Shown: positions 11,293 through 24,499, counted from the first letter of the whole stretch. The stretch is DNA of 63,932 nucleotides, filler included, from Reticulomyxa filosa (GCA_000512085.1; 22 parts of 22 records of this genome joined end to end with filler, not necessarily neighbours in it), one strand, 5' to 3'. A program made the numbers and translations. Notes: generated by a model from the letters alone, not told the origin.

Positions 11293-13023
11293 TCAATTGT
11301 ATTCTACTGACGCAACTTTTCCCAACATAATCAACGAGTCCGCATCCATTGCAGCCATTCGTCCTATAATAATAATGATAATAAAATACAATAAAGTCAT
11401 TATTATCATATGAAAATTTTTTTTTATTTTTAGACATACCCAATGGTTTGCACTCATCAAATGAGAGCACGACTAATGGCATTTTTGGAGCAAATACGAC
11501 TTCAGCTTGGTCACCGGCCTCAATGAAAGTGGCGTTCTCAACTTTTGCATTGTTTGTTGCTTTTCCCATTTTCCATTTGATTTCCAACATTTGACAAGGA
11601 ACTTTAGCAGTTTTGATATAAATCAATGGGGTAAATCCTTTTTTATAGTTGCCTTTTCCGTCATTAGTTGCATCTGGATGGTCTTGAACAAATACCAAAG
11701 CAGTAAATTTGGTTGCTTGTTTTAGTGGGTTAGGATCTACAACAGGGTCATCAATGCACATTACATCACCAGTGTGTGGCATATTTTCCTTTTTCAAATC
11801 TGTTATGTGTATACCGACGTTGTCACCAGCTTCGGCTTTTTCGACTGTTTTATGGTGCAATTCAATGGAAAATGCTTTGCCAGTTGCGTTCGTTGGATAA
11901 AAACGAACAGGGACACCATGGGTAATTGTCCCTTGTTCAATACGTCCAGTAATCACATCACCCACTCCTCTAATGTTATAAACACCACTGACTGACATAC
12001 GGAATGGTTTCTTTGTTAATCTTTTTGGTTGACTGACTGTTTTCTCTAAAGCATCCATCAATGTTACACCAGTAATAGTATCTTTTTCAATCTGAACTGA
12101 AAATCCTTTCCACCATGGCATGTTTTTGCTCACTCTTTTCGAGTTTTCTCCTTTAAATCCACTCATTGGAATAAATGGGATTTTTTTCGTTTTGTAACCA
12201 ATCTTTGTTAATATTTTCTCGACTTCTGATTTGATTTCCTCAAAGCGATCTTGATCGTAGTTGACTGAAGGATCATCCATTTTGTTTACGCTGACTATTA
12301 ATTGTTCAATTCCAAACCATTTGCACAATCGAGCGTGTTGTCGGATTTGTCCTTGAATTTCTCTATTATTTTATTTTATTTTGTTTTAAATGATATTTAA
12401 AAAAAAAGAAAGTTATTATAAGAAAATTATTACCAATTTTCTTGTACTGTTATTATAAATAAATACATACCCTTTTTTATGATTTCCTTTCGCAATCGAT
12501 GTTTCAAATTCATCTTTGTTTGCAGACACCATTAGTAAAGCGACATCAGCTTGCGAAGCTCCACTGATCATGTTCTTAATAAAATCTCTGCATTATTTTT
12601 TTAAAAAATAAATATTTATACATTCAAATAATTTAACAATTTACCTGTGATCAGGGGGATAAATAATTGTGTAATGACATGTTGGAGTAAAGAATTCTCG
12701 TGTTGTGGAAACAATTGTCACACCACGTGCTCTTTCTTCCTTTAATCCGTTCAAATAAAATTCAAACAAAGTTGAATCGTGTCCAGACTCTTGAGCGTCT
12801 TTCTTCAGTTTTTCCAATTCTCTGTCAGTCAAACCTTCTAAATCGAATAATAAACGATTGGTAATTGTGAATTCGCCTGCACTGGCTTGTCCTGTGAAAA
12901 AAAATTATAATATTTTTTTATTTGTTAAAAAAAATAAGAAAAAAAAATTCGCAAAAAAAAATAAAAATAACCGATGATGACAATTTTCAAATGTTTTTTT
13001 TCTTGTTTTGGATCCGCTGCCAT
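11293..13023 (-). CDS. EFL: Elongation factor-like (EFL, EF-1alpha-related) protein with degenerate GTP-binding motifs
   Basis: Five exons splice in frame: 12972-13023, 12645-12891, 12471-12587, 11440-12362 and 11293-11363. EFL-type segments include TTREFFT..HYTII, KNMISGASQADVALLMV, KGNHKKGEIQGQ.RQHARL, VQDHP...GFTP and GRMAAMD...MLGKV. Confidence 0.9.
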
Positions 13024-13449
13024 TATTGTCGACTAAACAGTTGAATGTAAATCAGAAAGAAAGGGAGAACCCAAAAAAAACAAATCGTAAAGATTTGTTT
13101 AAAAAAACCCGTCCAAACTTCTCGAGTTTTTGTACAATGTCAGCAAGATCAATATAAAAAAGGTTGCTTAAGAAAAATATATACAGTGTATACAAATTTT
13201 GATATCATATTATGAAAATATACTGAGAAATATGACAGCCATTTAAATTCAATCAGCGGATTTTGATCAACGACGAAAATATCTAGTTTTCTGCATGTTA
13301 TTACACACCAGTGCCAGCATTCAAAATGAAACATACAAATGATTTTCAAATTAAAAATGTCTATATGTTTCGCATAAAAATGCTGTTGATTGAAGTGGTT
13401 AAGATTTTACACTTTCTTTCCTTTTACAAAGAGTGGGGTAGTGTTTTAG

Positions 13450-13555
13450 CTTAATTGACGAAGAGTCAATTCGAGTGCTAGTACGATTTCGTCCAATAAG
13501 TAATTCAGAAAAGCATCATGCAGGAGAAGATGTGTGGTTTTTCAATTCATCTTAA
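13450..13555 (+). pseudogene. Isolated kinesin motor N-terminal fragment
   Basis: DEESIRVLVRFRPISNSEK matches the IxVxVRxRP start of kinesin motors. It then stops, and no P-loop exon was found nearby. Confidence 0.65.
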
Positions 13556-14020
13556 CATGAGGTTTGAACAAAAAACATTTGTACATTTTGAATAATGTAC
13601 TGTAGAGAACCTGGAACGGAAAAGCACGTTTTAAGAAAAGTAAGAATGCGTTTTTGAATTTTAAATTAAAAGAACAATTTGTATATTTGGAGTCATACTG
13701 ACTCCATTGTGGCTCAAGTAGAATGGCTAAGAATAAGTAAATTCAACAAGATTTTCTTTGCTGACTAATTTTTAAAAAACTCGTTTTCTACTCTAGTTTT
13801 TTTTCTTTCTAGAAAAATCTACTCCATAATTTAAAAAAACTTGATGTAAATTTATTGTTATCCTTTTGCTAAAAAAAATAAGATTGCTCTTGAATTTTTT
13901 GAGTAGTTTATAAAAAAAAAAGTTGTGACAATAAATTATTCAAATTTAAGCTTCAACTGATGCCTTTTTTTTATTTTTGTGAGGAAGACAAAGGTGTGTA
14001 TACATTAGATTGCAAAAAAA

Positions 14021-14140
14021 ACTGCCACACCTAAATGGCACTATATGAAGAGAATCGATTTTCTCCATGAGAAATAAAGATTTAAACCTAATTTTAAAAA
14101 TATATATATATACTAATCTTGTAGTTTTTAAGTATTAAAT
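14021..14140 (+). repeat. Dispersed AT-rich repeat of about 120 bp (copy 1 of at least 6)
   Basis: Core AAATGGCA...ATGAAGA(G/C/T)AAT(C/T)GATTTT(C/T)TxCATGAAAAAT...TTGTAGTTTT. It recurs at ~25541-25667 (+), ~26121-26225 (+), ~27190-27303 (-), ~40461-40507 (+, partial) and ~43985-44090 (-). Confidence 0.8.
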
Positions 14141-14209
14141 TTTTTTGTTTGCTAATTTCCTTTATTGTTGATATTTTTAATTGATATTTCAAAATTTTGA
14201 TATTTAAAA

Positions 14210-14370
14210 TAGTGATTGGTGGTAGTGGATATACTATTTGTTCTGGATCATGGGATAAAACCATTCGCATTTGAGATATTGAAACAACTAAACAATTCAT
14301 TATATTCAATGAACACAACGACAATTTATGTTATGATTTAAACGAAGGCCATATTCGGCTTTGGGGATGA
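14210..14370 (+). pseudogene. WD40 family fragment
   Basis: VIGGSGYTICSGSWDKTIRI*DIETTKQ (W changed to stop) is fused directly to the family C-terminus NLCY...GHIRLWG*. Confidence 0.85.
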
Positions 14371-14671
14371 TCATATATTCGTGAAGTATTTCTTTTGAAC
14401 TTGTTACGCTTGTTAAATGAAAGACGTTAATGATAACTTGTTTGCGTTTATCAATAAAAATTGCTTTGTTTTACTATTTGTATCATCATCAAATTAAAAT
14501 TTACTTTGCTTCATTTTTTTTTTTGCTTTTTCCATATTTACAAAAATCAATAAAAAATTCAAATGTTCGAAAAATTATGTAAATTGAATAAAAAATCAAA
14601 TCAAAACCATATTTAAACACAAGATATTTTGATAAACTGTCTCTATAAGGCTGCATTTTAGATGTCAAGTT

Positions 14672-14722
14672 TATTGTGTTCGTGTTTGTGTAGCATACAT
14701 TGAGATTCAGAAAGACAATTCG
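14672..14722 (-). pseudogene. Kelch-like family 5' fragment
   Basis: LSESQCMLHKHE matches SRSQCVLHKHE of the intact gene at ~16200. Confidence 0.6.
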
Positions 14723-15057
14723 TACAATTTTTTTTTTTTTTCTGCGCGTGAGCATGTGATCAAAATGATCACAAGATGCAACAGCAATAACTTTCAAAGC
14801 GATACATGCTCATTATTGAACACATTCCAATTTCAATATAACAAATTAAGCTTAAAAAAAAAAAATTGGCCGGTGAAATACCATGGGCGTAACCTACTTG
14901 TTTGTTTAGTCCCTTGCTGGCTATATGAATTGATCGCAAAGTAATCGGTTTAACAAGCTCGTTTATTTGACTTTCACAAGCCTCAAATCATTGCAAGATG
15001 TTTTCTAAAATTTGAGGGGTTTGCTTCTTCATCAAAAAAGCAAATATCTAAAATTTT

Positions 15058-16273
15058 TCATATACTATATTTTACAATAATTTTATCAAAATCATCGATC
15101 CATCCAAATTCTAGCTTTAAAATTCGAATCCAGCATTGAATAATACATTTTATTTTATGTTTTGACTATTCATTATTTATTGTTTATTATTTAACAATTA
15201 GCTTCATTCAATCAAATTTATTTATGTTTCATCAAAGTAAATAAACAAATCATTACCAACTGTGAAGGGTCCCATACACACACTTTAGTCTTCATGTGAG
15301 CTGATACTGTTGCCTCTTTGTCATCTTTTCCTCCAATGATGTGTATATAATCGTGTTCTTCACTCAATATTGCAACACAGTTAAACAATGGATTGGTTAA
15401 AGTGTTTCGAAATGTCACCCATTTGTTTTCTCGGATTGAATATTTGTGCACTAATTTGAACATTCGGGTAATTGCATCCACCAAAAATATGATGATATCA
15501 TTGATACACACATATGCGTAATATTTGAATGGTGCAATATCATCACAAACAGGTAATTGATGAAATTGAAAAGTGTTGTTGTCTTCATCATATTCAATTG
15601 ATAATCCTGTCTCTCCACAAAACAACAGCATTTGACAATTTTGTTTATTTGTTTTCATCATTTCTTGTCCTTGTCTATTTTCTAAATTTGACACAAAGCA
15701 ATGATAAAAAATAGAAGTATTAGTTGGTAAAGTGTTATGTTTAATAAATTGAAATGTATTTAAATCAAACACACTAATATCATTTTTCCAATAAGTGATA
15801 AATAACAAATGATTGTTACTTCCACCAATCACTGCACGCACTCCAATATAACTATCACCATCTCTTCCAATGATAATTGGATGATTTTGATTGTCTGTGA
15901 AAGGAATCCATTGATTGTAATTCTTTAATATATTTGATTTATTTGATATATTACTCCAAACACTTACATATTTCATCACCAATGTATGTTTATTTTCTCC
16001 AAATGAAGAAGATCCAAAAGACAATAAAGTGATTTCATTATTGTCTTTGTTGTTGTTCTTATTTACCAATTTCACTACACAATGTCCATTTAATTTAATA
16101 TCGCTTGGATACCTACAGATAAACTTGTATTCGTTTTTGACTGTATGATAAGAATAACAAGCTCTTTGTTCGTAACCTCCACAAATGAGGAGTTCGTGTT
16201 TGTGTAGCACACATTGAGAGCGAGAAATTGGAATGGGTAACCTCTTCAAAGTTTGAAAGGTTTGGTTGCCCAT
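15058..16273 (-). CDS. Kelch-like beta-propeller protein with C-terminal W-x-R...GWI-x-DFDK module
   Basis: Exon 1 (15257-16273) has LLICGG, AVIGG and IHIIGG Kelch-type turns. After a phase-0 intron, exon 2 (15058-15165) reads SKHKIKCIIQCWIRILKLEFGWIDDFDKIIVKYSI*. Confidence 0.85.
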
Positions 16274-16624
16274 GTTGTTAATGTTAAGGAACTATGAAGT
16301 AGTTTAAATTTTTTAAAAAAAGAGAAGGATATAAAATAATTCCTTTTAGAGTAAAAAATTTTCTAATTTTTGAAGCGAGTTAACTTAGGAAAATAAAAGA
16401 GTCGCAATATTGATTATATTACACAACGACGTGATTATAATCGACAAGGTTATTTTTCAAAGTGCAAAACGTATTTAATACTATAAAGAAGAAATTTAGC
16501 TATTTATCAAATATATTCTTGATATAACATTTAGATTTTATTGTTATCGTTCAGACAAAATTTGTTGAGCGTTGAAGCCAGCCTGTTGAAAGACCTCTTT
16601 TAATTGATCTGGTATATGATTGTT

Positions 16625-16830
16625 TTCTGATCAAATTCAAATGTTTAATGGACACACAACTACAGTGAATGTTGTTGAATATTCACCATTTGTGGTAAGC
16701 AATAGTGAAATTGGTAGTCCAAACGCGATATGTTCTGGATCATATGATAATACAATTTGATTTAGGGATATTCGATCAAATGAGTTGTATACGATTAAAG
16801 GAGTTAAAAATGATAATGGAATAATTTAAC
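16625..16830 (+). pseudogene. WD40 family 3' fragment
   Basis: QIQMFNGHTTTVNVVEYSPFVV...ICSGSYDNTI*FRDIRSN, with internal stops. Confidence 0.8.
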
Positions 16831-17044
16831 AAGAACACTATAAATGAATGCTTTTTAAGTAGCACAATTCTGAGCTGTGTCCGTAGCCAAGGAAAGTCCA
16901 CTAACATTTACACACCAAATAATTCTATTTAATGAAATTCAAACAAACGGGCCTAAAGAATATATTTCAAATTTCCCTTGAGAGGAAAAAAGTTTAATAT
17001 CCCCATTTTACATCGTCGAAAACATCTAGCAAAAAAAAAACAAA

Positions 17045-17961
17045 ATGACAACTCTTAGCAATGAAAAGCGAACTTCAACACAACTTGCATTTGTAAGTTT
17101 TATTACAAACTTTTCAGATAGTCTGTTATCTTTTTTGTTGTTTTACTTGTAGTATGTAATTTGTGATTAAGACAGTCTGAAGAAGAAAAGATTCAAGTAA
17201 TCGTACAGCATTGGATTCGAATATTGCACATCAAATGTGGGTGGATTGATGAGTTTGACAAATTTATTGTCAATTATGTTAGTTCATTTGTTCATTCTTT
17301 TTTTAAATATTAATCAAAATATTCAAGTGTTTATTTAACATAGATATCTACAGTCTTCATATTTGATACATTTCGTTCATCATCCAAATTAATTAATACA
17401 TTCATTGGACATATAAACACTGTGTGGAGTATTGATTATTCGACATTTGATAATTGTCAATTCATTTGTTCTGGATCACATGATAGAACGGTTCGTGTAT
17501 GGGATGTTGATAACAACAAACAAGTCCAATCATTCAATGGGCATTCAGTAGATGTGTACTGTGTGAAATTTTCACAATATCATTATCATAATAATCATCA
17601 AAATGTCATTTGTTCTTCAGCTGACAGAGTCATTCGTTTTTGGGATTTCAAACTTAATCAACAATTACAAATATTTGATAAACATACAAATGCTGTCTGT
17701 GGAATTGAATTTTCACAATTTAATGGAGGTAGATATTTGTGTTCTGGATCTGATGACTATACTATTCGTTTATGGGATGTTGAAACATCAAAATCATTAC
17801 ATATTTTCAATGGACATGAACACGCTGTTTGGTGTGTTGATATTTCACCATTACAAAGCAATAATAACAGTGATAACAACAACAAAATGAATAATATTGG
17901 CGTAATTGGTGGAAATGGATATACAATTTGTTCTGGATCATGTGATAATACCATTCGAATA
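17045..17961 (+). CDS. WD40-repeat protein, paralog of 4326-5698; truncated by contig end
   Basis: Same exon layout as the paralog (17045-17092, 17176-17277, 17344-end) and the same WD40 units. Confidence 0.92.
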
Positions 17962-18148
17962 NNNNNNNNNNNNNNNNNNNNNNNNNNNNNNNNNNNNNNN
18001 NNNNNTTAATTAATTAANNNNNNNNNNNNNNNNNNNNNNNNNNNNNNNNNNNNNNNNNNNNAAAAAATAAATAAACAAGAAAAAGATTGATAAAAATATG
18101 AAAATTTCTTTTAATTTATATATACATATGCAAATAAAAAATAAGCAG

Positions 18149-19543
18149 ACATGGACATTGCATGTGCACAACGTTGTGCTTGTGTATTTGACAAAGTCCA
18201 AAACGGCGACATCGGCCAAGACAATGCGCGCACTAGTAATTGGATTGTTGGTGCTATTGATATTGTGAGTTATTGCTTGGAAGATTTCAATAGTCCTGGT
18301 AGCATGTTGGCTTATGATGAGTCAGGTGTGAATGTGATATTATATCCATGCACACTAATGCACCAGGTAATTGTTCGTCCAGGTGGAAGAACTCGCGATA
18401 TGAAATTTGAGTCGTTTGCTGGTATTATGCTCCACTTGCTTCTAATTTAGTGGCGGGAACTCAATGTGTTGAATCCCATATACACCAACAATGCCTCGCA
18501 ATGGAGAAAATGGTGAATGGCCAATCCACAACGACGATCGCGCCAGCAGCAACAAACAACAGGTAAGCACACTAAACTATAACACGACCAATTTGTATAT
18601 ATCAACAATTTGCATGACATAAGGATATATATGTACAAACTTTTTTTTATTATGTAGAATTATCCACAAAAACAACGTATAACTTTGATGATGTATATAT
18701 CATACACATTATTAAAAAAAATTAGACAATGTGCACCGATGACGACCCAGTGACAACAAGAAGAAAAAGGGGTAGAAGCCAACCCCGTCTCCGAAAGGAG
18801 TATACATGGTTTGTTCTATCTTTTTTTTTTATATAAAAATATGTTCATGTGTTGTGTTTGTGTACAGGAGTCCCCCCTGCCTGAAACAAGTTACCTATTT
18901 TACCACTTCCACACAAAAAACAGTGGTCGAATGCCATCCAGTGTACAAAATGAAAAAAAATGGTTTGTTATATTTTATATATGTTTATCTTTCTTTTGTT
19001 AAAATAATGTGATTATGTATGTATCATAAATAGGAATTCCCCATCACAAGAAAAAAATGTGTTTTATATTCTTTTACTATCATCATCAACACACAAAACA
19101 AAAAAATATTGAGTGTTTGTGACACAGGAAAAAAATGAAACTTATCTTATGCAGGTAACTATATTTTTTCTTGTGTTATCTAAAAATATATAAATTATTT
19201 TTTGTTTGTGTAATAGGTACAACAGGATCCACCGACCTCCTGCGTTGATCAAAGCCAACTACAATTTTTCGTGGAAAATATTGTCTGTTATAACCGTCGG
19301 TATCTGTTTGTTGTGCTTTATCGTATAATCACACAAATCCTGTCAAGACATGTACGTTCATGCCATGAAAAACGACAAATATTTTTGGATTTGGGTTTTT
19401 GGTTTGCAGTTATTACTACTGTTGTGCTAACTCGGTCAGTCCAATGTATGGACTTTGGTGCAACGTGGAATTATCGGAAGTTTTTCCTGAACTCGCCGTG
19501 ACAGTCCGTCCTATGCTGGCACAAATTAGCCCCTCACAAATTG
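18149..19543 (+). CDS. Probable multi-exon gene of unknown function (internal fragment)
   Basis: GC-richer blocks alternate with AT-rich GT..AG intervals. I could not build an unambiguous frame or recognise a domain. Confidence 0.35.
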
Positions 19544-22500
19544 NNNNNNNNNNNNNNNNNNNNNNNNNNNNNNNNNNNNNNNNNNNNTTAATTAATTAAN
19601 NNNNNNNNNNNNNNNNNNNNNNNNNNNNNNNNNNNNNNNNNNNTTTTTTTTTATGCTTGGGTTTTTTTTACTTCTCAATATATAGGACTTTCTAGAAAAA
19701 CATCCCGAATTGGAACGAGACTTTAGTAACATCTGCCAAAGAGTCGCAAGAACAGCTCCTCACGCCCAAACAACGCCAACACCACGCGCAAGGTGAGCAA
19801 GTCCAACTGCCTGTCTCCAACAATAATGACCTGCTCATTATCGTCGACAATCAAACGTCCATGTCGAATCACCAAGTTATTTACATATACTTTTGGTATC
19901 ATGGATAAACGAATCATTGATAAATAAATAAATAATAAATAAAAAAATAGCGGACACAATTGAAAGAGAGCAAAGACGATTTACTGTCGATAGTACCGCC
20001 ACAGACGAGCGTGAAGAATGTATTCCGAAACAAAAGCAAACTCAAACGCAATGATCAAGAGGTTGAAAATGATGAAATTGATTAGCTTGATCAAGCTAAT
20101 CGACACTATGATATTAATAGTCATGAGCTCCCCATTACTGTCTCTCATGCACGCTCGGCCTCGTCACCACAGAATGGCCATCTCATACATACTAGTTAAT
20201 CCAATATAATACAACACACAAACGTTTTATATTTGCACTTTGGCTACAAACATATTATACTTATCTTATATACGCATGTGTCTACAGATGGATTGAATGA
20301 CACGTCACAAGTTCCTGTCGACACACTTTCGGATAAACAAAATTTAACAAATGGCAATCATGATTTAAACTCGCCTCAAATGGTTGCGAGGCTGTAGATT
20401 TTTCCATAACTTTTTTAATAAAATAAAATTTCGCATTCTGTTTGAATTGTAGAGATAGGTTGTGCATGTTGGCAAATGTTGCCCAAATTGTCTTCTTTGA
20501 ATAAGTCTTAGCTATAAGACAAATATCTTAAACGATTTGGATTTTTAGAAAAAACAAAATAGAGAAATTTCAAATTTTGTTAATGCATAAAAACAAATTA
20601 TTTTGCTTTGAATAAAGCATAAGTTAAATTTTGTGTTTTTTTTTTGTTGATCTCTAAACTTGCTTCTTACCATAGTACGCACATATTCAATGTCATTGTC
20701 TTTTACATATGCAGTGGTAGTCGAAGCGTGATTATTGCATCTGCTGTTAGCCATATTAGGGATTGATTACGTTTCGGGGCTGGTGGTACGTGGCGAATAT
20801 CTACTTCAAGCTTCTCTTCATGATGACAGGACTGGTTTTTTTACGGTAAATTTATGACCTAATCTGAAAAAATTTAATGTGTTGTTTCTCAACCAATTAT
20901 AGATATTACCAAACAAAATTTACTATATTTGCTATGGGTCAATTTATTTTGCCATATTTGAAAAAATTATTCAATTGTTGAACAAATGAACAAATTTTTT
21001 AAAAAATTAGATTCATACAAACAACTTTTAATTGATTTTGATGCGTTCAAATACTATATTCAACACTACAATTTTGTGAAAAATGAAGGTTTATTGATAT
21101 CAAATATTACTAGATCAAATAATTAAAATATTGAATTCATAATATTTTTTTTCACAAGGACTTTGACAAAAAAAGTGTTTAGTTAGTTTTAATATCTACA
21201 AAAGATCTTTGATATCATGACATCTGCTTCGTTCAAATGCGAAGACTGCAAGTGCATAATTCTTTTGGAGGACTAACTTTTTCAAATCAATTTAACTATA
21301 TCTACCCGTATACAAAAAGAAAACGATAATATTCCAAAATTTTTTTTTTTTGTATTACATATGATACGACAAACGAAAATGATCTATTCCTTTTATATAT
21401 GATAAATGCATATTCTCATTAATGTCAATGTCACTAAAAGTAGTATACATAAATGTATATTATGTACAAAAAACCCCCAACTTTTTTTACTTATTGCTGT
21501 TCCTATTGGTGTAGAAGCATCGTAGAAAGACCGGAATNNNNNNNNNNNNNNNNNNNNNNNNNNNNNNNNNNNNNNNNNNNNTTAATTAATTAANNNNNNN
21601 NNNNNNNNNNNNNNNNNNNNNNNNNNNNNNNNNNNNNATATCGTTTTAGGCGTTCAGTTTTCTTTGCAACCTACTGTAGAAGAAGCTACGACAATCTCAA
21701 AGTGCTTGAAACTTACATCACATATCAAGCAAATTATTGTGCACACAATGATAACAATGGCAGTGATGCATATGGTTGTTATCAACGTGTGATTGTAGAA
21801 TTATATTCAAATGGCTCCACAACATCTATTCGTGTTTATATCTGATCTGAAAATGTAAAAAAAATCATTTCTCAAGCTTTACAAATGAAACAAATTGATA
21901 ATGATAAACAAAGTAAGGTTTTTTTTACTTGAGTTAGTGGATGAGAATACGAATCAATAATGTTACTTATTTTCTTGCATTTTGTGCTGCAAATCGTCAG
22001 TGCAATGTTCATGACAATGTCGGTCAGGTGATCCACTAATTCGACACTCAATTTTGTTCGAATGCTACTCGATACTCTGAACGATAGATCTTTTCGTCCA
22101 TAACAGAATCGGATTTAAATCTATCACATTTTCCGTGTAAAATCTTAATAGCATTACTTTTCAATCTCCGCAACGGTGCCTGCATTATAATAATTATACT
22201 GCCCCTTTTTTTTTTGACTTTTTTTACGAATTGATACTTTTTCTTAGCCTTCTTCATATTCAAATAGTACTAAATTACGCTTTAAGACATTACTCGATGA
22301 AAATAAAAAGGAGTTCTTAAAATGTCAATTTTTGTTTTTCGTACATTTCCACACAAACTAGAGGTAAAATTATGCTATCAAGTGCACAAAGTAACACAAA
22401 ATTTTAGCAAAAGATAAAGGTTAAGAATGAAAACAACATCTGCTAATATCAATCCATGACAAAAATAAGGTAAATATGATCAAAAACTTGCCCAATATTG

Positions 22501-22547
22501 TCACTTTTGTCATTACTTGTGTGTAGTTTTTATTTTATTTTCGTATA

Positions 22548-24267
22548 TCAATCACCTAAATTTTTCATTTTTTCTTTTACTTGCAATGTCTCTTTGGCCC
22601 AATCTCCTAATACTATACTGCATATCTTCCAGGCCTCTTCAACATAACATTGTGCAATTTTATTGTTTCCTGACTTTGCTAATGTGAGTCCCAAATTCCA
22701 AATCGAATCAGCAACTTCTTTATGTGTACTCCCAAATATTGTCTTTTTTATCATCAACGCATTTTCATAACATTCGATCGCCTTGTCATAAGACTCCTTT
22801 TTTTCATAATCTATGCCTAAGCTCGTGTAAGAGTAGGCAACATAGACATCAACTTTTCCAAATATATTCAATCTAACCTGTAGTGCATTTTCGTGATATT
22901 CAATTGCTTTGTCATGATTGCCGCTACACTGATAAGCATCCCCTAAATTTTTATATATATTAGAAACAGTGGCATGATTATTTCCATAAATCTCAAGTCT
23001 AATTTTTAATCCCATCTCATAGTATTGTATTGCTTTATCGTACTTGTTTTTTCTTTTATAAGCATTTCCTAAATTAACGTATGACCAGGATATATCGATA
23101 TGATTGGTTTTGAAAATTTTTAATTTAATTTTTAATGACTCCATATGATATTTAATTGCCCTCAAATGGCTCCCTTTCTCACTATAAGTGCGTCCCACAT
23201 TTTCGTGCATTTGTGCAACAAAACTACAATTATTTCCAAAAATATTCGACGCAATCTTTAATGCTCTTTTAAAGAATGTGACTGCTTTTTCAGATAGTCC
23301 TTTATAATGATAGATACTCCCAATCATATTACAAGCAACTGCAACATAATGGTGATTCAATCCAAAAATACTATTTGCAATTTGTAAGTATTTTTGCAAG
23401 TGAATAATAGATTTATCAAATAATTTTTGTTTTGTGCATTCTTCTTCTTTTTTTTCAAGATCTTGAAATTGTATTGGAATGCCATAATGTATTTTTGTAT
23501 TCCATACAATTGGGGAAATAGATTGTTTTAATTGCTCATCAACAATAGCATCCTTTGTAACAAATATCTGCGTTGTAACATTTACACATCCTTTACATTC
23601 TATTTTGCAATCAACAGCATATATGATCCCATCAATATTTACTTCTTCCAATATAACTGATTTCCTTTTTATCACATACATACAATAGTCGTTAAATTCT
23701 TTTATATCCTCTTTCTCACTGTTCACCAAACGAATAATTGACACAAGATTATCATTCCTATTTTTCCATTGCAATGTATTGAATGCAACAATGATCAATC
23801 CTTGCTCTTTATCACGGATCATCTGTTCAACTGTTTTTGCAGCTTCTGTATTGGATTTTCTCCAATTTCTGCTCCAATGCATCTTAAAATCTAATGCCTC
23901 TGATATCTCGTAGTCCTTAATTTGTGATTTTTTGCCTTCGTTCTCTTTTGAGATATCTTCTATTCAATGCCATTTCTTGCATGCGAAAGCAAAGTAAATT
24001 ATTGAGATTTTTAAAAAATTTAATAAAGTAACTTGATTGAAATTGAGCAGTAAAATACACAGGATCCTTTTTAAAGGCATCAATCACACTTTCATCAGTT
24101 TGGATATGATTACCATTTATGTCAATAATTGCTTCCAACACGTCGTTCGCATGTGTTGGTAGAGTAACTTGAAGGATTTGCTTTTTCAAATGTTCCAGTG
24201 TCAAAACTGACAACATTATCGTATATAACTTCCCTTCAGCAACCACAGATGCTTCAAACAAAGTCAT
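22548..24267 (-). CDS. Tetratricopeptide-repeat protein (42-aa kinesin-light-chain/TPR_12-type repeats)
   Basis: Intron 23960-24032 joins the two listed ORFs in frame. Repeats read S/Y.NLG.AY.....YDKAIEYYE.AL.I...IFG..H. Confidence 0.9.
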
Positions 24268-24499
24268 TCGTTTAAAATATTACTAAAATTTAATTTTCTA
24301 AAGTTTTTTGTAAAGAAAAAAAAGGTAAAAATCATATAAAATTGTACGGAACCAAGACAGCCTGGGGAACTGTTGTCTGGCTTGTGCTACAAATAAACCA
24401 AATAGTGAAGTTCATACAATTACTTCTGTATATACTACATTATGGGAAAGGAATTTGTACTTGTAAGGAAAAATCTTCTTTTATTGAAAATGGCAAATT

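Noticed and set aside
11293-13023. Canonical EF-1alpha, eRF3 or HBS1
   Set aside because: The GNHKKGEIQGQ insert, TTREFFT, VQDHP...GFTP and the short MLGKV C-terminus fit EFL, and there is no N-terminal extension.
18500-18530. In-frame TGA (WRKW*MANPQ) as selenocysteine or readthrough
   Set aside because: The reading frame is not established, another frame is open through this exon, and no SECIS or homology support is visible.
19644-21537. Short ORFs in this contig and in 31054-32948
   Set aside because: No recognisable motifs or consistent splice model.
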